This document shows positions 20,265 through 32,171 of a stretch of DNA of 64,000 nt, in pieces; position 1 is the stretch's first letter; each line of letters begins with the position of its first letter. Origin of the DNA: Phycisphaeraceae bacterium (lineage in GTDB: Bacteria > Planctomycetota > Phycisphaerae > Phycisphaerales > Zrk34). The notes below the pieces were generated by a model, which did not search any database, had not been told where the DNA came from, and worked only from the letters and a program-made list of their open reading frames with translations. The stretch lies in the NCBI GenBank assembly GCA_040905565.1, contig JBBDRF010000021.1, positions 32,001 through 96,000 of the forward strand. The letters are read 5' to 3'. The translations under genes and the position numbers were made by a program.

Positions 20265-21245
20265 CTAGACCTGTTCGTGCGTCGCAACGCGACCTTTTCC
20301 CGCATGCTTGGCGGTATACAGGCGTTTGTCCGCCTGTTGGACCAGCGCCTCGCCCGACGACGGTTGATCGTGGAGAAGCGATGCGAGCCCGATGCTGAGC
20401 CCCGCCGGAAGCGTACGTGGCAGCGTCGTCCGAACGTGCTGACCGAACAACTGCCGAAGTCTTGACGCCAATTCCGAAGCCCCGCGCATATCCCCGCCCG
20501 GCATCAGAATGAGAAACTCATCGCCACCGGTGCGAATGCCGAGGTCATCGCTGCGGATGTTGCCCCGGATCAACTCGCCCAGAAGCTTCAGCAGACGGTC
20601 CCCCGCGGGATGGCCGAGCGTGTCGTTGATGGGCTTGAAATTGTCCATGTCGATCGCGAGGCAGATCAGGTCCGTCTCGCTGGAGCGGCATGAATCGACC
20701 AGCCCTTCCAGGTGATCCTGCAGGAAGCGACGGTTGCCCAGACCGGTCAGTGGATCGCGCATTGCCATCTGCTGCAGGTGCCGCGTGGCCAATCCTGTAG
20801 CCTGCTCGACGCGATGGTCGAGCGTGCGACGCAGATGGTTCGCAGCCCGTGCATGCCGATACGCTTCCAGCGTGTGTTGATACACCAGCTGGGCGAGCTG
20901 GTCTATCTCGTCGTCGCAGTTCATCGGAAGATCAACGTTCCGCGTGGGCCGTTGGGTTCGCCAGGCGTGCCGGGCTTCGTAGAGCACACGCTCAAGCGGC
21001 TGAGAGATCGCGCGACGTGCAATATGCAGCGGAACCAGCACCGCGACGCAGGTCATCATGATCAAGGTCCAGCCGTGCCCGCCGAGCGCCGGCTCTAGGA
21101 CACCTGCCGCCAGACCGCTGAGGGCCGCCAGCACGATCAGTGATGTCGTCTTCGCATGGATCGACCTTTGGGCCCAGCCCCGACGGGTTATCTCACGCTC
21201 AACTTCTCGTGACGGGTCAACCTCTTCGGCGCGCACAGTGTCCAT
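20265..21245 (-). CDS. Membrane-anchored diguanylate cyclase (GGDEF)
   Basis: DPLTGLGNR, DMDNFKPINDTLGH, intact GGDEF with I-site RSDD five residues upstream, and two N-terminal TM segments. Start uncertain. Confidence 0.9.
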   Translation of the reverse strand: MDTVRAEEVDPSREVEREITRRGWAQRSIHAKTTSLIVLAALSGLAAGVLEPALGGHGWTLIMMTCVAVLVPLHIARRAISQPLERVLYEARHAWRTQRPTRNVDLPMNCDDEIDQLAQLVYQHTLEAYRHARAANHLRRTLDHRVEQATGLATRHLQQMAMRDPLTGLGNRRFLQDHLEGLVDSCRSSETDLICLAIDMDNFKPINDTLGHPAGDRLLKLLGELIRGNIRSDDLGIRTGGDEFLILMPGGDMRGASELASRLRQLFGQHVRTTLPRTLPAGLSIGLASLLHDQPSSGEALVQQADKRLYTAKHAGKGRVATHEQV

Positions 21246-21376
21246 TTCCGTCGCATCGGGTCGATTGACCACCCACTTCAATAAACCTTGTTTTTTTCCA
21301 CGCCCGGTCCACTTCTATAGATACAATGTCGGGCAAGATGCTAACTGATTTTCACGATCACTCAGGGAGTCGCGGG

Positions 21377-22660
21377 ATGCGCACAATGCTCAGCAGTCTG
21401 TTACTGATCACGGTCATCGCCACAGCAGCGGGGCAGGCGAATGCCGATTGGCCCCAGTTCATGGGCCCTGATCGTACGGGCGTTTCGCCAGAGACAAATC
21501 TGCTTACAAGCTGGAATGAGCAGCAGCCCCCGGTATTGTGGCGCACGCCCATCGGCGAGGGCTTCGGTGGGGCCGCCGTGCGTGACGATCAGGTTTACCT
21601 GCTCGACCGCGAGGGCGATGAGCGGGATGTGCTGCGCATGTTCGATCTGGCAAACGGCGAAGAGCAGTGGCGCTTCGCCTATGACCGCCCCGGCCGACTC
21701 AGCCACCACGGCTCACGCTCCACGCCCACGGTCGACGACGAACTCGTCTTCACCGTCGGCGGCTTCGGGGATGTCCACGCCGTCAGCCGAGCCACCGGCG
21801 AAGTCGCCTGGAGCACGAATCTCAATCAGCAGTTCCGCGAGGGCACACCCAACTGGGGCTTCGCACAATCCCCCCTCGTCCACGGCGACCTGCTGATCGT
21901 CACGCCCACGCATCCCGAGTCGCCCGGCCTGGTCGCGTTGAACAAACGCAACGGCGCCGTCGTCTGGGAATCCGAAGCCTTCGGCGGCGACTACTACGCC
22001 TCACCCGACCTTCGCACCGTCGCCGGCGTCGAAGGGCTGCTGCTCATCACCAACAACCAGGTCACCTTCGCCGATCCTGACGACGGCAGCACCATCTGGA
22101 AATACAACGGCTACAACAACAGCCACCCCATCCCCAGCCCCACCGTCCTCGACGACGGCCACCACATCTTCATCACCGGCGGCTACGGGGCCGGCTCCGT
22201 CATGATTCACGTCGCCAAACAGGGCGACGATTACACCATCGAAGAACGCTTCCGCCTCGAAGGCGGCGCGCAGGTGCACCCCGCCATTCAGCACGGCGAC
22301 CACCTCTACCTCAACTTCAACGAGAACGCCACGCTCCGCCGCAACACCATGCGAAACGGCGGTCTGGCGTGCATTGACCCCGCATCGGGCGAAATCGTCT
22401 GGCGCACCGGCGAAGATCCCAACTTCGATCGCGGCAACGTCATCTTCGCCGACGGTGCGCTCATCATCCTCGACGGTCAGAACGGCCTGCTGTATCTGGT
22501 CAACCCCACGCCGACCGGTTACGAAGAGATTTCGCAGACGCAGGTGTTCGATCCCGATCGGCCCCGCAGCAACAACATTTGGGCGCCGATGGCCCTCAGC
22601 GACGGCCGCCTGATCGTCCGCGATCAAAACGAACTGGTCTGCCTCGACCTCCGCAAATGA
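21377..22660 (+). CDS. PQQ-binding-like beta-propeller protein (BamB-like)
   Basis: Signal peptide, DWPQFMGPDRTG, repeated G..W propeller blades and WAPMALSDGRLIVRD. Confidence 0.85.
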   Translation: MRTMLSSLLLITVIATAAGQANADWPQFMGPDRTGVSPETNLLTSWNEQQPPVLWRTPIGEGFGGAAVRDDQVYLLDREGDERDVLRMFDLANGEEQWRFAYDRPGRLSHHGSRSTPTVDDELVFTVGGFGDVHAVSRATGEVAWSTNLNQQFREGTPNWGFAQSPLVHGDLLIVTPTHPESPGLVALNKRNGAVVWESEAFGGDYYASPDLRTVAGVEGLLLITNNQVTFADPDDGSTIWKYNGYNNSHPIPSPTVLDDGHHIFITGGYGAGSVMIHVAKQGDDYTIEERFRLEGGAQVHPAIQHGDHLYLNFNENATLRRNTMRNGGLACIDPASGEIVWRTGEDPNFDRGNVIFADGALIILDGQNGLLYLVNPTPTGYEEISQTQVFDPDRPRSNNIWAPMALSDGRLIVRDQNELVCLDLRK

Positions 22661-22715
22661 CGTTAGCGGGCGATCGGAGATCGCCGTTGCACAACCAACA
22701 CCTGAGGGCGCACGT

Positions 22716-23519
22716 TCAAAGATTTTCCGTGAGCAGCCGCACCTTCCCCTCCGCTTCTCGGACAGGATAAGTGCGGATGGGCTCGTGCGCCGGCCCGCAT
22801 TGCGGCTGCCCGGTGTGAACGTCGAACTGCGAGCCGTGCCACAGGCATTGCACCGTGCCGCAGATGAGGACGCCTCCCGCCAAGGAGCCGCCGCGGTGGG
22901 AACAGTGGTCGTCGAAAGCGGTATAGCCATCGCTTGTGCGTGCGAGCACGATTCGGCGATCGCCCACGCGCAGCAGCTTCATCTGATCGACGTCCAGCTC
23001 GCCGACCTCCGCCACGTCCAGCGCTTCCTGATTGCGATCCAGTTCGATGGTCTGTTCGCGCCACTTGCCCTTGTTGGCGTAGCGATGTTCGGGGCCGACG
23101 AAATTGCGGTGGATCAGCGTGCCGCCCATCCAGCCGCCGGCGGTGAGTAGAACCAGCCCCGCCAGTTCAAGCAGCAGTGTGACGGGCGTCGGTGGGGCGG
23201 TGGCCGCACCACGAATAATCCATGCAGCGACAAAAAGAATCACCGCGCCGCTATTGACGACCATGTGCCACGTCGCCCGCTGCTTCGCCGAACTCTTTGG
23301 CGGCACCGCGTAAACATAATCGACCACGCCCGGCACCGCGGCAATCAGTGCCGTGATGATGCCCGCCAGTGCCATCCACGCGCCGACGGTCCACCATGTC
23401 GCACCTTCGATCACCCAGCCCACCAGGTTGCAGATGAACCCGCCGAACAGGAACGCGATCGGAAACGAAATCAGCATCGGATGAATTGGATGACTTTTAA
23501 ATTGCGCCACTGCACGCAT
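22716..23519 (-). CDS. DUF2231-like membrane domain fused to a Rieske [2Fe-2S] domain
   Basis: HPIHPMLISFPIA and four TM helices, then CSH and CLWH Rieske ligand motifs. Confidence 0.85.
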   Translation of the reverse strand: MRAVAQFKSHPIHPMLISFPIAFLFGGFICNLVGWVIEGATWWTVGAWMALAGIITALIAAVPGVVDYVYAVPPKSSAKQRATWHMVVNSGAVILFVAAWIIRGAATAPPTPVTLLLELAGLVLLTAGGWMGGTLIHRNFVGPEHRYANKGKWREQTIELDRNQEALDVAEVGELDVDQMKLLRVGDRRIVLARTSDGYTAFDDHCSHRGGSLAGGVLICGTVQCLWHGSQFDVHTGQPQCGPAHEPIRTYPVREAEGKVRLLTENL

Positions 23520-23585
23520 TGCGGTTCCCCCCTTTGAAACACTGCCACATGCTATGCCGGTACAGCCCCGCCGACGCACGCGATT

Positions 23586-24182
23586 TCATCCCCCCGCCAA
23601 AGCCTTCTCCACCAGTGCCCGCGCCTCGTCCGGCAGGTCCAGCTTCAGGGCTGCGTGGTGACCCTGTTCGCTCATCTTTCCCCAGGTACGCTGCAGAATC
23701 GTCATCAGCTTCGCCTCATCATGCTCGCGCGCGAAGTCGGCAAAATAGTTCTCCAGAAACACCAGACAGATCACGTCCTCGAGCGTCTGCATGTCGGGAT
23801 CGTTCTTGATGCGTTTCTTCATCAGCAGATCCCGAACCCGCGCGATGATCGCAGCGTCGTATCCCAGCTCCGCCAGAATCTCTTCCGTCCGGTCCGCGTG
23901 ATAACCATACAGCCGGGTACGCCATTGGTGATAGCCTTTGCGGTCGCGCGGGTAGCTGTCCCGGGGGATTTCCCATCGGCGAATGTGCTGCGCCCGTGCC
24001 GCCAGTCGAAGCGGTTCCGGAGCGTCCGGCCGAAGCACTTCCAGCCAGCGACTCATGCGATGCCCATACAGCAGTTCCTTCGGCCAAGGCTCACCCTGGA
24101 ACGTCTCCGATCGCGGATCGGCGGCGTTCGCAGCATCAATCGCCGCCATCGCCTGGTCATGTTTTGCGTGCAAATCGTTCAT
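23586..24182 (-). CDS. DUF4202 domain protein
   Basis: IDAANAADP, LAARAQHIRRW, LEDVICLVFLE and TWGKMS motifs. Confidence 0.85.
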   Translation of the reverse strand: MNDLHAKHDQAMAAIDAANAADPRSETFQGEPWPKELLYGHRMSRWLEVLRPDAPEPLRLAARAQHIRRWEIPRDSYPRDRKGYHQWRTRLYGYHADRTEEILAELGYDAAIIARVRDLLMKKRIKNDPDMQTLEDVICLVFLENYFADFAREHDEAKLMTILQRTWGKMSEQGHHAALKLDLPDEARALVEKALAGG

Positions 24183-24270
24183 TGTGCGGACATTCTAGCA
24201 GCGATCCCCTGCCCGTGGTCACAAGGGGTCGCGCTTGATGAGCAAGCTTTTTGATGCGATAACAGGTTCT

Positions 24271-25752
24271 ATGAGTCCCACAAGAAATACCCCAGGTATC
24301 AGCACCAAAATACTCGCAACCGTCGGTCCTGCAAGTGGATCGGAGCAGACGCTCAGGCGCCTGGTCGCCGCGGGTGCCGACATGTTTCGGTTGAATTTCT
24401 CCCACGGCAGCCTTGAGGAGCACGGCGAAGCGCTCGCACGCATTCGGCAAGTTGCCGAAATCTCACCCCGCCCCATTGCCGTGCTCGGCGACCTTGCCGG
24501 CCCAAAAATCCGACTCGGCGAAGTGGCCGACGAAGAAGGTGACTGCGATAGTCCGCTCGCCAACGGCATGCGGATCGAATCCGGCGAGCAACTGATTTTC
24601 CAGCGCGAGCCGATCATCGGCAAAGAAGGCCGCGTGAGCACGAATTACGATCGCTTCGTCGACGAGGTCGAGGAGGGCCAGCGGGTGCTCATCGACGACG
24701 GGCTGTTGCGGTTCATCGTCGCCGACAAGCGGGATGACGAGATCGTCTGCCAGTGCATCGCCGGCGGGCAGCTTCGCAGCCGGAAGGGCATCAACCTGCC
24801 GGATACGCCGTTGTCCATCAGCGCGCTCAGCGACAAAGATCGCACCTGCGCGGCGTGGGCGATTGAACACGATCTGGACTTTCTGGCGCTCTCCTTCGTA
24901 CGCGAAGCCAAGGACGTGCAACAACTTCGCGATCTGCTCGACAAGCAGGGCGGCGAGCAGCACATCATCGCAAAGATCGAAACGCCTCAGGCACTCGTCG
25001 CCATCGACGACATCATCGAAGCCAGCGACGGACTGATGATCGCACGCGGTGACCTCGGCGTAGAGATCGACCTGGCGCGCGTGCCGTTGATCCAGAAGGA
25101 TCTGATCAAGCGGTGTCGCGACGTGGCCAAGCCGGTCATCGTGGCGACGCAGATGCTGCAGTCGATGGTGGAATCGTCCTCGCCGACGCGGGCTGAGGTG
25201 TCGGACGTGGCAAACGCGATTTTCGATGGCACCGACGCGGTGATGCTCAGTGGTGAGACGGCTGTCGGGCGGTATCCGCTGCTCGCGGTGGACACGATGT
25301 CGCATGTGGCGGTAACGACGGAAAACTACCTGTTACGCCACGAAAGCCACAACGAGCGGTTCATCTCGCCGGTGCGGATTCCGGAGCAGGATGTCTCGCT
25401 GGCGCACGGCGCGTGGCAGGTTACCCGCCATCTCAACGCACGGCTGGTTGTCGTCTGGAGCCAGAGCGGCACGATGGCGCGCACCTTCGCGAAGCTTCGG
25501 CTGCCGATGCCCGTGGTCGCGCTATCTTCGTCGCATGCCACGGTGCGCCGTATGGCCATGTATTTCGGGATTATTCCGCGTTACATGGAGGTGCCGCAGT
25601 CGATCACGCAGTTGACGCCGAGGCTTGAAACGCTGCTGCTCGAGGACGAGCTGGTCGAGCGCGACGAGACCATTCTCATCATCGCAGGCACCCGGCTCGG
25701 CAGCCCGGGCCGCTCCAACGCGATCGTGATTCACCGCATCGGCCAAACCTGA
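24271..25752 (+). CDS. pyk: Pyruvate kinase
   Basis: TKILATVGPAS, RLNFSHG, IAKIE, MIARGDLGVE, ATQMLQSM and DAVMLSGETA motifs. Confidence 0.96.
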   Translation: MSPTRNTPGISTKILATVGPASGSEQTLRRLVAAGADMFRLNFSHGSLEEHGEALARIRQVAEISPRPIAVLGDLAGPKIRLGEVADEEGDCDSPLANGMRIESGEQLIFQREPIIGKEGRVSTNYDRFVDEVEEGQRVLIDDGLLRFIVADKRDDEIVCQCIAGGQLRSRKGINLPDTPLSISALSDKDRTCAAWAIEHDLDFLALSFVREAKDVQQLRDLLDKQGGEQHIIAKIETPQALVAIDDIIEASDGLMIARGDLGVEIDLARVPLIQKDLIKRCRDVAKPVIVATQMLQSMVESSSPTRAEVSDVANAIFDGTDAVMLSGETAVGRYPLLAVDTMSHVAVTTENYLLRHESHNERFISPVRIPEQDVSLAHGAWQVTRHLNARLVVVWSQSGTMARTFAKLRLPMPVVALSSSHATVRRMAMYFGIIPRYMEVPQSITQLTPRLETLLLEDELVERDETILIIAGTRLGSPGRSNAIVIHRIGQT

Positions 25753-25782
25753 CGCGGGGCCGCGGCACGGTCAGCTGAGCGT

Positions 25783-27246
25783 TCAGGCAAGAATGTCCTT
25801 GACAACTCTCACGTCGGGCTCGACGCCTGTGAGGCGCTGGTCGAGGCCCTGGAAGCGATAGCTGAATCGGTCGTGACGGATGCCCAACTGGTGGAGGATC
25901 GTCGCGTTCAGATCGTTTACGTGGACTGGGTTTTCAGTGATGTTGTAGCTGAAATCGTCGGTCTTGCCGTAGACGAGCCCAGCCTTGACGCCGCCGCCGG
26001 CCATGTAGATCGGGAAGTTGCGGGGGTGATGGTCACGGCCGTAGTTCTCTTTGGTCAGTGCGCCCTGGCAGTAGATGGTTCGGCCGAATTCACCGCCCCA
26101 GATGACGAGGGTATCTTCGAGGAGGCCGCGTTGTTTGAGGTCGGTGATGAGGCCCGCGCAGGCCTGGTCGATATCGTGGCACTGCTTGGGTAGGTCGCCT
26201 GCCACGTTGCCGTGCTGGTCCCAGCCGCGATGGAAGATTTGCGTGAAGCGCACGCCGCGTTCTGCGAGTCGACGCGCGAGCAGACAGCTTGCGGCGAAGG
26301 TGCCGGGCTGGGTGGCCTCGGGGCCGTAGAGGTCGAGCACTTCCTGCGATTCGCCGGAGATGTCGGCCAGTTCCGGCACCGAGGACTGCATGCGGAAGGC
26401 CATCTCATACTGTGCGATGCGTGCCTGGGTTTCGGGGTCGCCGACGGTTTCGTGATGACGTTTGTTGAGGCGGCTGAGGGAGTCGAGCATGCGTCGTCTT
26501 CCGCCCGCGCTGACGCCGTTGGGGTTGGAGAGGAAGAGGACGGGGTCGCCGCTTGAGCGGAGGGAGACGCCCTGGTGGCGACTTGGCAGATAGCCCGAGC
26601 CCCAGAGGCGATTGTACAGCGCCTGCGCATCCTGCCGACCCGTCCAGCGGGGCGTCATCACCACGAACGCGGGGAGGTCCTGGTTCTCCGAACCGAGGCC
26701 GTAGCTGAGCCACGATCCGATGGAGGCTCGGCCGGGCAATTGATTGCCGGTGCACAGGTAGGTGATGGCGGGGTCGTGGTTGATCGCTTCGGTATGGACG
26801 GTGTTGATGAGCGTCACGTCGTCCATGATTTTCGCGTGGTGCGGCAGCAGTTCGCTGACGTAGGCGCCGGACTGGCCGACGCGCCGAAACGCGTATTTGG
26901 AAGGCGCGATGGGGAAGCGATCCTGCCCGCTGGTCATGGTGGTGATGCGCTGATCGCCGCGGACGGAGGGAGGGATATCTTTGTCGAAGTATTCAGCCAT
27001 CTTGGGCTTGTAGTCGAACATGTCCATCTGCGACGGGCCGCCCGCCATGAACAGGTAGATCACGCGCTTGGCCTTGGGCGCGAAGTGCGGGAGGTTCGGC
27101 AGACCGCCGGTGGCGGTGCGGGCCTGGCCCAGCGCCTGCTGGCCGGGCAGCAGTGTCGACAGGGCGGCGGACCCGATGCCGAGGGCGCTGTTGCGAAGAA
27201 ATAGTCGCCGCGTCTGATCCTGCAGGTGTTGTTCGATCGGATTCAT
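25783..27246 (-). CDS. DUF1501 domain protein (Tat signal)
   Basis: [29 protein letters not shown] and GRDHHP motifs. Confidence 0.92.
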   Translation of the reverse strand: MNPIEQHLQDQTRRLFLRNSALGIGSAALSTLLPGQQALGQARTATGGLPNLPHFAPKAKRVIYLFMAGGPSQMDMFDYKPKMAEYFDKDIPPSVRGDQRITTMTSGQDRFPIAPSKYAFRRVGQSGAYVSELLPHHAKIMDDVTLINTVHTEAINHDPAITYLCTGNQLPGRASIGSWLSYGLGSENQDLPAFVVMTPRWTGRQDAQALYNRLWGSGYLPSRHQGVSLRSSGDPVLFLSNPNGVSAGGRRRMLDSLSRLNKRHHETVGDPETQARIAQYEMAFRMQSSVPELADISGESQEVLDLYGPEATQPGTFAASCLLARRLAERGVRFTQIFHRGWDQHGNVAGDLPKQCHDIDQACAGLITDLKQRGLLEDTLVIWGGEFGRTIYCQGALTKENYGRDHHPRNFPIYMAGGGVKAGLVYGKTDDFSYNITENPVHVNDLNATILHQLGIRHDRFSYRFQGLDQRLTGVEPDVRVVKDILA

Positions 27247-27281
27247 CAGTCAGCCTTTCGAGAGGGTCGCGCGCGGCGCGT

Positions 27282-30200
27282 TCAGCCCTTGTTGATCACT
27301 TCATCGAGGTTCAATAGGAGATTGGCCACCATGGTCCAAGCCGCGAGTTCAGCGGTGTCAAGCTCGGCTGCGGGCTCGGTAGTGCCGATCTGAACGAGGG
27401 CCTGGGCTCGTTCGGCGTTGTCGGCGTATTCCTGCGCGAATGCTTCGTAGAGTCCGAGCACCTCGTTGTGTTCCATCGGGACGGGGTTGCGTGCGGTGAC
27501 GTGACGGAACATCCACCTTGCCCGCTCTTCAGCACTATCGCCTGCTTCGAGCAGGGCGCGTTCGGCGAGGGCGCGGGCAGGTTCGACAAACTGAACGTCG
27601 TTCATGACCGCCAGTGCCTGGAGGGGGGTGTTGGTTCGCTCTCGCCGCACGATGCACGATTCGCGGGAGGGGGCGTCGAAGACGGTCATCTGCGGCGGCG
27701 GCGAGGTGCGTTTCCAGAACGTATAGATGCTCCGGCGATGGATATCCTCGCGGCTGGTGTCGGCCTTGAAGTTCGACGTGTTGGAACTGCTGTAGCCGAC
27801 GGCTTCCCAGAGCCCTTCGGGCTGCGGGGGCTTCACGCCCGGCCCGCCGATCTCCTCCACAAGCAGCCCGCTGAGCGCCAGCGCCTGGTCACGCAGCACT
27901 TCGCCGTCGAGCCGGAACCGGGGCCCGCGTGCGAGTAGGCGGTTCTCCGGGTCACGTTCGTGAAGTTCGGGTGATCGCCGCGAGGTCTGGCGGTAGGTTG
28001 ATGAGAGCACCATCTGGCGCATGAGGTTCTTCACGTCCCATCCCTCTTCCCGGAAGGTCACGGCGAGGTGATCGAGCAGGTCGGGGTGGCTGGGGAAGGC
28101 GCCCTGGACGCCGAAGTCTTCGGACGTTTCGACGATGCCTGTCCCGAACAGCTGTTGCCAATATCGGTTGACGGTGACGCGGCTGGTGAGCGGCTGCTGA
28201 TCGCTGAGGAGCCATTTTGCGAGGCCGAGCCGATCGGCTGGGGCATCTTCAGGAAGTTGGGGCAACGCATCGGGGACGCCGCGTTCGACGGGTTCGCCGG
28301 GAGCGTCGTACATGCCGCGTTGCATGATGTGCGCCTGGCGGGGCTCGGCGGTCTCTTTGTAGACGAGCGTCGAAGGCACGGCATCCGCGATCGCCTTTCG
28401 CTCCTGCCGCAAGGTTTCCAGTTCGTCACGGATCGCTTGCGAGGGGCCATCGACGTTCTTGAAGTAATGTTCACGAAGCTTCTGATTCTGCTCGTCGCTT
28501 CGTTCGTCTGGCGCGATGGCGAGGAGGGCAGTGACGCCGCGGCTACCGGCGATCGAGGCCACCTGATCCTGGGAAAGCTCGGTGCCGAATAGCGTGACGT
28601 CGCTGACCATGGCGTTGCGCAGGGGGGTGCCTTCGGTACGCTGGCCGATGCGGAAGTTCACGTCGTTCGTGCGGATGGTGTCGGTCAGGGTGTTATGCGT
28701 GATCTGCACCTCGGCAGGTTCGCCATTGATGTAGATGGTGACGCCCTCGGCTTTGCTTGAGCCGTCGTAGGTGACCATGACATGTTGCCAGGTGTTTTCC
28801 TGGAGTTGGGCTGTCGTGTTCAGCCGCAAGGCGTTGTCGTCCCAGTTGTGAAGCAAGTGGACCATCACACGCCGTTCGGTGAGGTACATATCCCAGCCAC
28901 GATGGCCGCGGGCGGTATCCATTCGGCTCATCACCGTGGCTGCCCCGCCGCCGCTGACATGGACCCAAGCGCCGTAGCTGAGGGGCTGATCGCGTTCAAA
29001 ATCGCCCACGCCTTCGGCCTCGACATAGGTGTAGCCGTCGAACTTGAGGGCGGGCTCGGTGCCCGGCACGTTTTCGTGTTCCCACTGAACATTCTGGCCG
29101 TTGATTGTTGCTTCGATGTCGCTTGTTGCGTCGGTGGCGACTTGGCCGCTTCCTTCGTTCAGTTTGAAACGGGCCGTTGCGGATTCGTAGACGTTGGCAT
29201 GTTCGGTTGCCAGCTGATCGGGGGCGGTCGCAAGCCATGCTGTGAGATCGTCGGCGGCTTCGTTCTCCCGCTCGGCGAGCCGCAGTTGCTCCTCGTTCAC
29301 GGCGGCATCAAGCTCAGCGAGGCGATGCTGCTGCTGCTGGCTCGGCACGCGTGCGATCGGCGGATGCTGGGCGGCGTTGCCGTCCATCGGTGAACCGTCC
29401 AGGCTGTTGAAAAACGCGAAGAAGCTGTAGTACTCGTCGATGGTGATCGGGTCGTACTTGTGATCGTGGCACTGGGCGCAGCCCATGGTCAGGCCGAGGA
29501 AAACGGTGCTGGTGGTATCGCTGCGATCGGCGACGTTGCGCATGAAGACTTCGTCTACGATGGACCCGCCTTCGTTGGTGGTGACGTGGGCGCGGAGGAA
29601 GCCGGTGGCCACCTGCTGCTCGAGCGTGGGGTCGGGCAGGAGGTCGCCCGCGAGTTGCTCGGTGGTGAACTGGTCGAAAGGCATGTTGTTGTTGAAGGCA
29701 TTGATGACCCAGTCGCGGTAGGGCCACATCTCACGGTAGTTGTCCAGGTGCAACCCGTGCGTGTCGCCGTAGCGGACGGCATCGAGCCAGAATCGGGCCA
29801 TGTGCTCGCCGTAGCGGGGCGACGCGAGGAGACGGTCGACGACCTTCTCGTAGGCATCAGCGGAGGTGTCATTGACGAACGCGTCGACTTCTTCGGTGGT
29901 GGGGGGGAGGCCGGTGAGGTCGAGCGTGACGCGGCGAATCAATGTCGCGCGGTCGGCCTCGGGGGAGGGTTGCAGCCCCTCTTCTTCGAGCTTCGCGAGG
30001 ACGAACTGGTCGATCGCGTTGCGTGGCCAATCGGTGTTGGAGACCTCGGGCAGCTCGGGTTTGACCGGGGGAATGAACGACCAGTGGCCCTCATACTCCG
30101 CGCCTTGTTCGATCCACTGCCGGACGATCTCGATCTCTTCATCGGTCGGCTGATAGTGATGATCTTCGGGGGGCATGCGATCGGCCGGATGCTCCTCGGT

Positions 30201-30518
30201 CATGCGGAAGTAGACTTCGCTTTCAATCGGATTGCCGGGCACGATGGCGGCGTAACCGCCACGGTCGGCGAAAGCGTCGGCTGCCTGATCGATGCGCAGG
30301 TCGCCTTCGCGTGCCTCCCGGTCGAAACCGTGGCAGGTGAAACAGGCTTCAGCGAGGATCGGCTGGACGTCACGTGAGTAGGAGATTTTCCGCTGGACGG
30401 GCTCTGCCTCGGCCGCCGACGCGCCTGATTCTTCGACGCCACCTGCGGCCCAGAGGAACGAGATGACCAGCGATACCACTGCCACGCTCAGGAACCATGT
30501 TCGACGACGGCTTCTCAT
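27282..30518 (-). CDS. Planctomycete cytochrome c protein (PSCyt1/DUF1549/DUF1553) with an internal LamG-like domain
   Basis: [16 protein letters not shown], internal [11 protein letters not shown] (LamG-like) and RTNTPLQAL motifs. Confidence 0.92.
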   Translation of the reverse strand: MRSRRRTWFLSVAVVSLVISFLWAAGGVEESGASAAEAEPVQRKISYSRDVQPILAEACFTCHGFDREAREGDLRIDQAADAFADRGGYAAIVPGNPIESEVYFRMTEEHPADRMPPEDHHYQPTDEEIEIVRQWIEQGAEYEGHWSFIPPVKPELPEVSNTDWPRNAIDQFVLAKLEEEGLQPSPEADRATLIRRVTLDLTGLPPTTEEVDAFVNDTSADAYEKVVDRLLASPRYGEHMARFWLDAVRYGDTHGLHLDNYREMWPYRDWVINAFNNNMPFDQFTTEQLAGDLLPDPTLEQQVATGFLRAHVTTNEGGSIVDEVFMRNVADRSDTTSTVFLGLTMGCAQCHDHKYDPITIDEYYSFFAFFNSLDGSPMDGNAAQHPPIARVPSQQQQHRLAELDAAVNEEQLRLAERENEAADDLTAWLATAPDQLATEHANVYESATARFKLNEGSGQVATDATSDIEATINGQNVQWEHENVPGTEPALKFDGYTYVEAEGVGDFERDQPLSYGAWVHVSGGGAATVMSRMDTARGHRGWDMYLTERRVMVHLLHNWDDNALRLNTTAQLQENTWQHVMVTYDGSSKAEGVTIYINGEPAEVQITHNTLTDTIRTNDVNFRIGQRTEGTPLRNAMVSDVTLFGTELSQDQVASIAGSRGVTALLAIAPDERSDEQNQKLREHYFKNVDGPSQAIRDELETLRQERKAIADAVPSTLVYKETAEPRQAHIMQRGMYDAPGEPVERGVPDALPQLPEDAPADRLGLAKWLLSDQQPLTSRVTVNRYWQQLFGTGIVETSEDFGVQGAFPSHPDLLDHLAVTFREEGWDVKNLMRQMVLSSTYRQTSRRSPELHERDPENRLLARGPRFRLDGEVLRDQALALSGLLVEEIGGPGVKPPQPEGLWEAVGYSSSNTSNFKADTSREDIHRRSIYTFWKRTSPPPQMTVFDAPSRESCIVRRERTNTPLQALAVMNDVQFVEPARALAERALLEAGDSAEERARWMFRHVTARNPVPMEHNEVLGLYEAFAQEYADNAERAQALVQIGTTEPAAELDTAELAAWTMVANLLLNLDEVINKG

Positions 30519-30798
30519 ATGATGACGATCCTTACGTTACGGCTCGTAACAGACAGCGGCGGAAGCGTGGAGCCACCGCCGACGTTTTGTCATGATACCA
30601 TCAGAACGCTTCAAAGTCGTTCGAAAATAAGTTGTAATACGGGGTCGAATGCGAGAGTCTCGCCACGCGGCACGTTCGGGGGGCGCCGGAGTTATATCAG
30701 CGGCAACTGCATGGTCCGGCTTTGTTTATGGTGCCATCGGCGGAGAAGATCGTTGGGGGCATCGGCGCGTGAGAGCCGCAGCTACCTGGTGAGACAGG

Positions 30799-32160
30799 TC
30801 AGACGATGCCGTAGGCGAGCATGGCTTCGCCGACTTTGACGAAGCCGGCAAGGTTGGCGCCTTTGACATAGTTGACGAAGCCGTTGATGTTGCCGTCTTC
30901 ATGGCCCCACTCGACGCACTGCTGATGAATGAACTTCATGATGCCCTGCAGGCGATTGTCGACATCCTCATGGCTCCACGAGATGCGCAGGGCGTTCTGG
31001 CTTTGCTCAAGGCCCGAGACGGCGACGCCGCCTGCGTTGGCCGCTTTGCCCGGTGCGAAGAGAATCTTGGCCTCGATGAACTGGTGCACCGCTTCGAGGG
31101 CGCAGGGCATGTTCGCGCCCTCGGCGACCGCCATGCACCCGTTTTTCAGCAGTTTTTTCGCGTCGTCGGCGTTGAGTTCATTCTCGGTCGCGCACGGCAG
31201 TGCCAGGTCGCAGGGCACGCCCCAGGGCGTGGCGTCGGCGTGATACTCACAGCCGAAGCGCTCGGCGTATTCGCTGATGCGCCCGCGTCGCACCTCTTTG
31301 AGGTCTTTCACGAAGGCGAGCTTCTCCTCGTTCAGACCGTCGGGGTCGTGTATGAAGCCGCCCGAATCTGAGAGCGTGACGACCTTCGCGCCGAGCTGCA
31401 CCGCCTTCTCCGCGGCGTAAATGGCCACGTTGCCCGAGCCGGAGATCACGCACGTTTTGCCGGCAATGTCCTCGTCGCGGCGATGGAGCATGTTCTGGGC
31501 GAAGTAGACACAGCCGTAGCCGGTGGCTTCGGTGCGGGCGGCGGACCCGCCGAAGGAGAGGCCCTTGCCGGTGAGGATGCCGGCGAAGCGGTTCTCCATC
31601 CGCTTGTACTGGCCGAAGAGGTAGGAGATTTCGCGGGAGCCGACGCCGATGTCACCGGCTGGCACGTCGGTATCTTCGCCGATGTGGCGATGGAGCTCGA
31701 TCATCAGCGACTGGCAGAACCGCATGACTTCGCGATCGGTTTTACCCTTGGGGTTGAAGTTCGCGCCGCCCTTGGCGCCGCCCATGGGGAGGCCGGTGAG
31801 TGCGTTCTTGTACGTCTGCTCAAAGCCGAGGAACTTGAGGATGCTGACATCGACCGACGGATGGAATCGCATGCCGCCTTTGTAGGGGCCGATGGAATTG
31901 TTGAACTGCACGCGCCAGGCGCGGTTCGTGCGGATATTGCCCTCGGCATCCTCCCAGCAGACGCGGAACATGATGATGCGGTCCGGTTCGGTCATCCGTT
32001 CCAGGATCGACCCATCGCGATACTTCCGCTCATCGAGCACGAGAGGCATAACGGTTTCGACGAACTCCTGCACGGCCTGCTGAAACACCTTTTCGTAAGG
32101 GTTTCGCTTGACCAGGTCTTGCATGAATCGCTTGACTTCCTGCTGCACCGCGTCGGGCAT
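30799..32160 (-). CDS. gdhA: NADP-specific glutamate dehydrogenase
   Basis: GPYKGGMRFHP, PMGGAKGG, DVPAGDIGVG, GSGNVA and KAANAGGV motifs. Confidence 0.95.
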   Translation of the reverse strand: MPDAVQQEVKRFMQDLVKRNPYEKVFQQAVQEFVETVMPLVLDERKYRDGSILERMTEPDRIIMFRVCWEDAEGNIRTNRAWRVQFNNSIGPYKGGMRFHPSVDVSILKFLGFEQTYKNALTGLPMGGAKGGANFNPKGKTDREVMRFCQSLMIELHRHIGEDTDVPAGDIGVGSREISYLFGQYKRMENRFAGILTGKGLSFGGSAARTEATGYGCVYFAQNMLHRRDEDIAGKTCVISGSGNVAIYAAEKAVQLGAKVVTLSDSGGFIHDPDGLNEEKLAFVKDLKEVRRGRISEYAERFGCEYHADATPWGVPCDLALPCATENELNADDAKKLLKNGCMAVAEGANMPCALEAVHQFIEAKILFAPGKAANAGGVAVSGLEQSQNALRISWSHEDVDNRLQGIMKFIHQQCVEWGHEDGNINGFVNYVKGANLAGFVKVGEAMLAYGIV

Positions 32161-32171
32161 TGTAGACTCTT

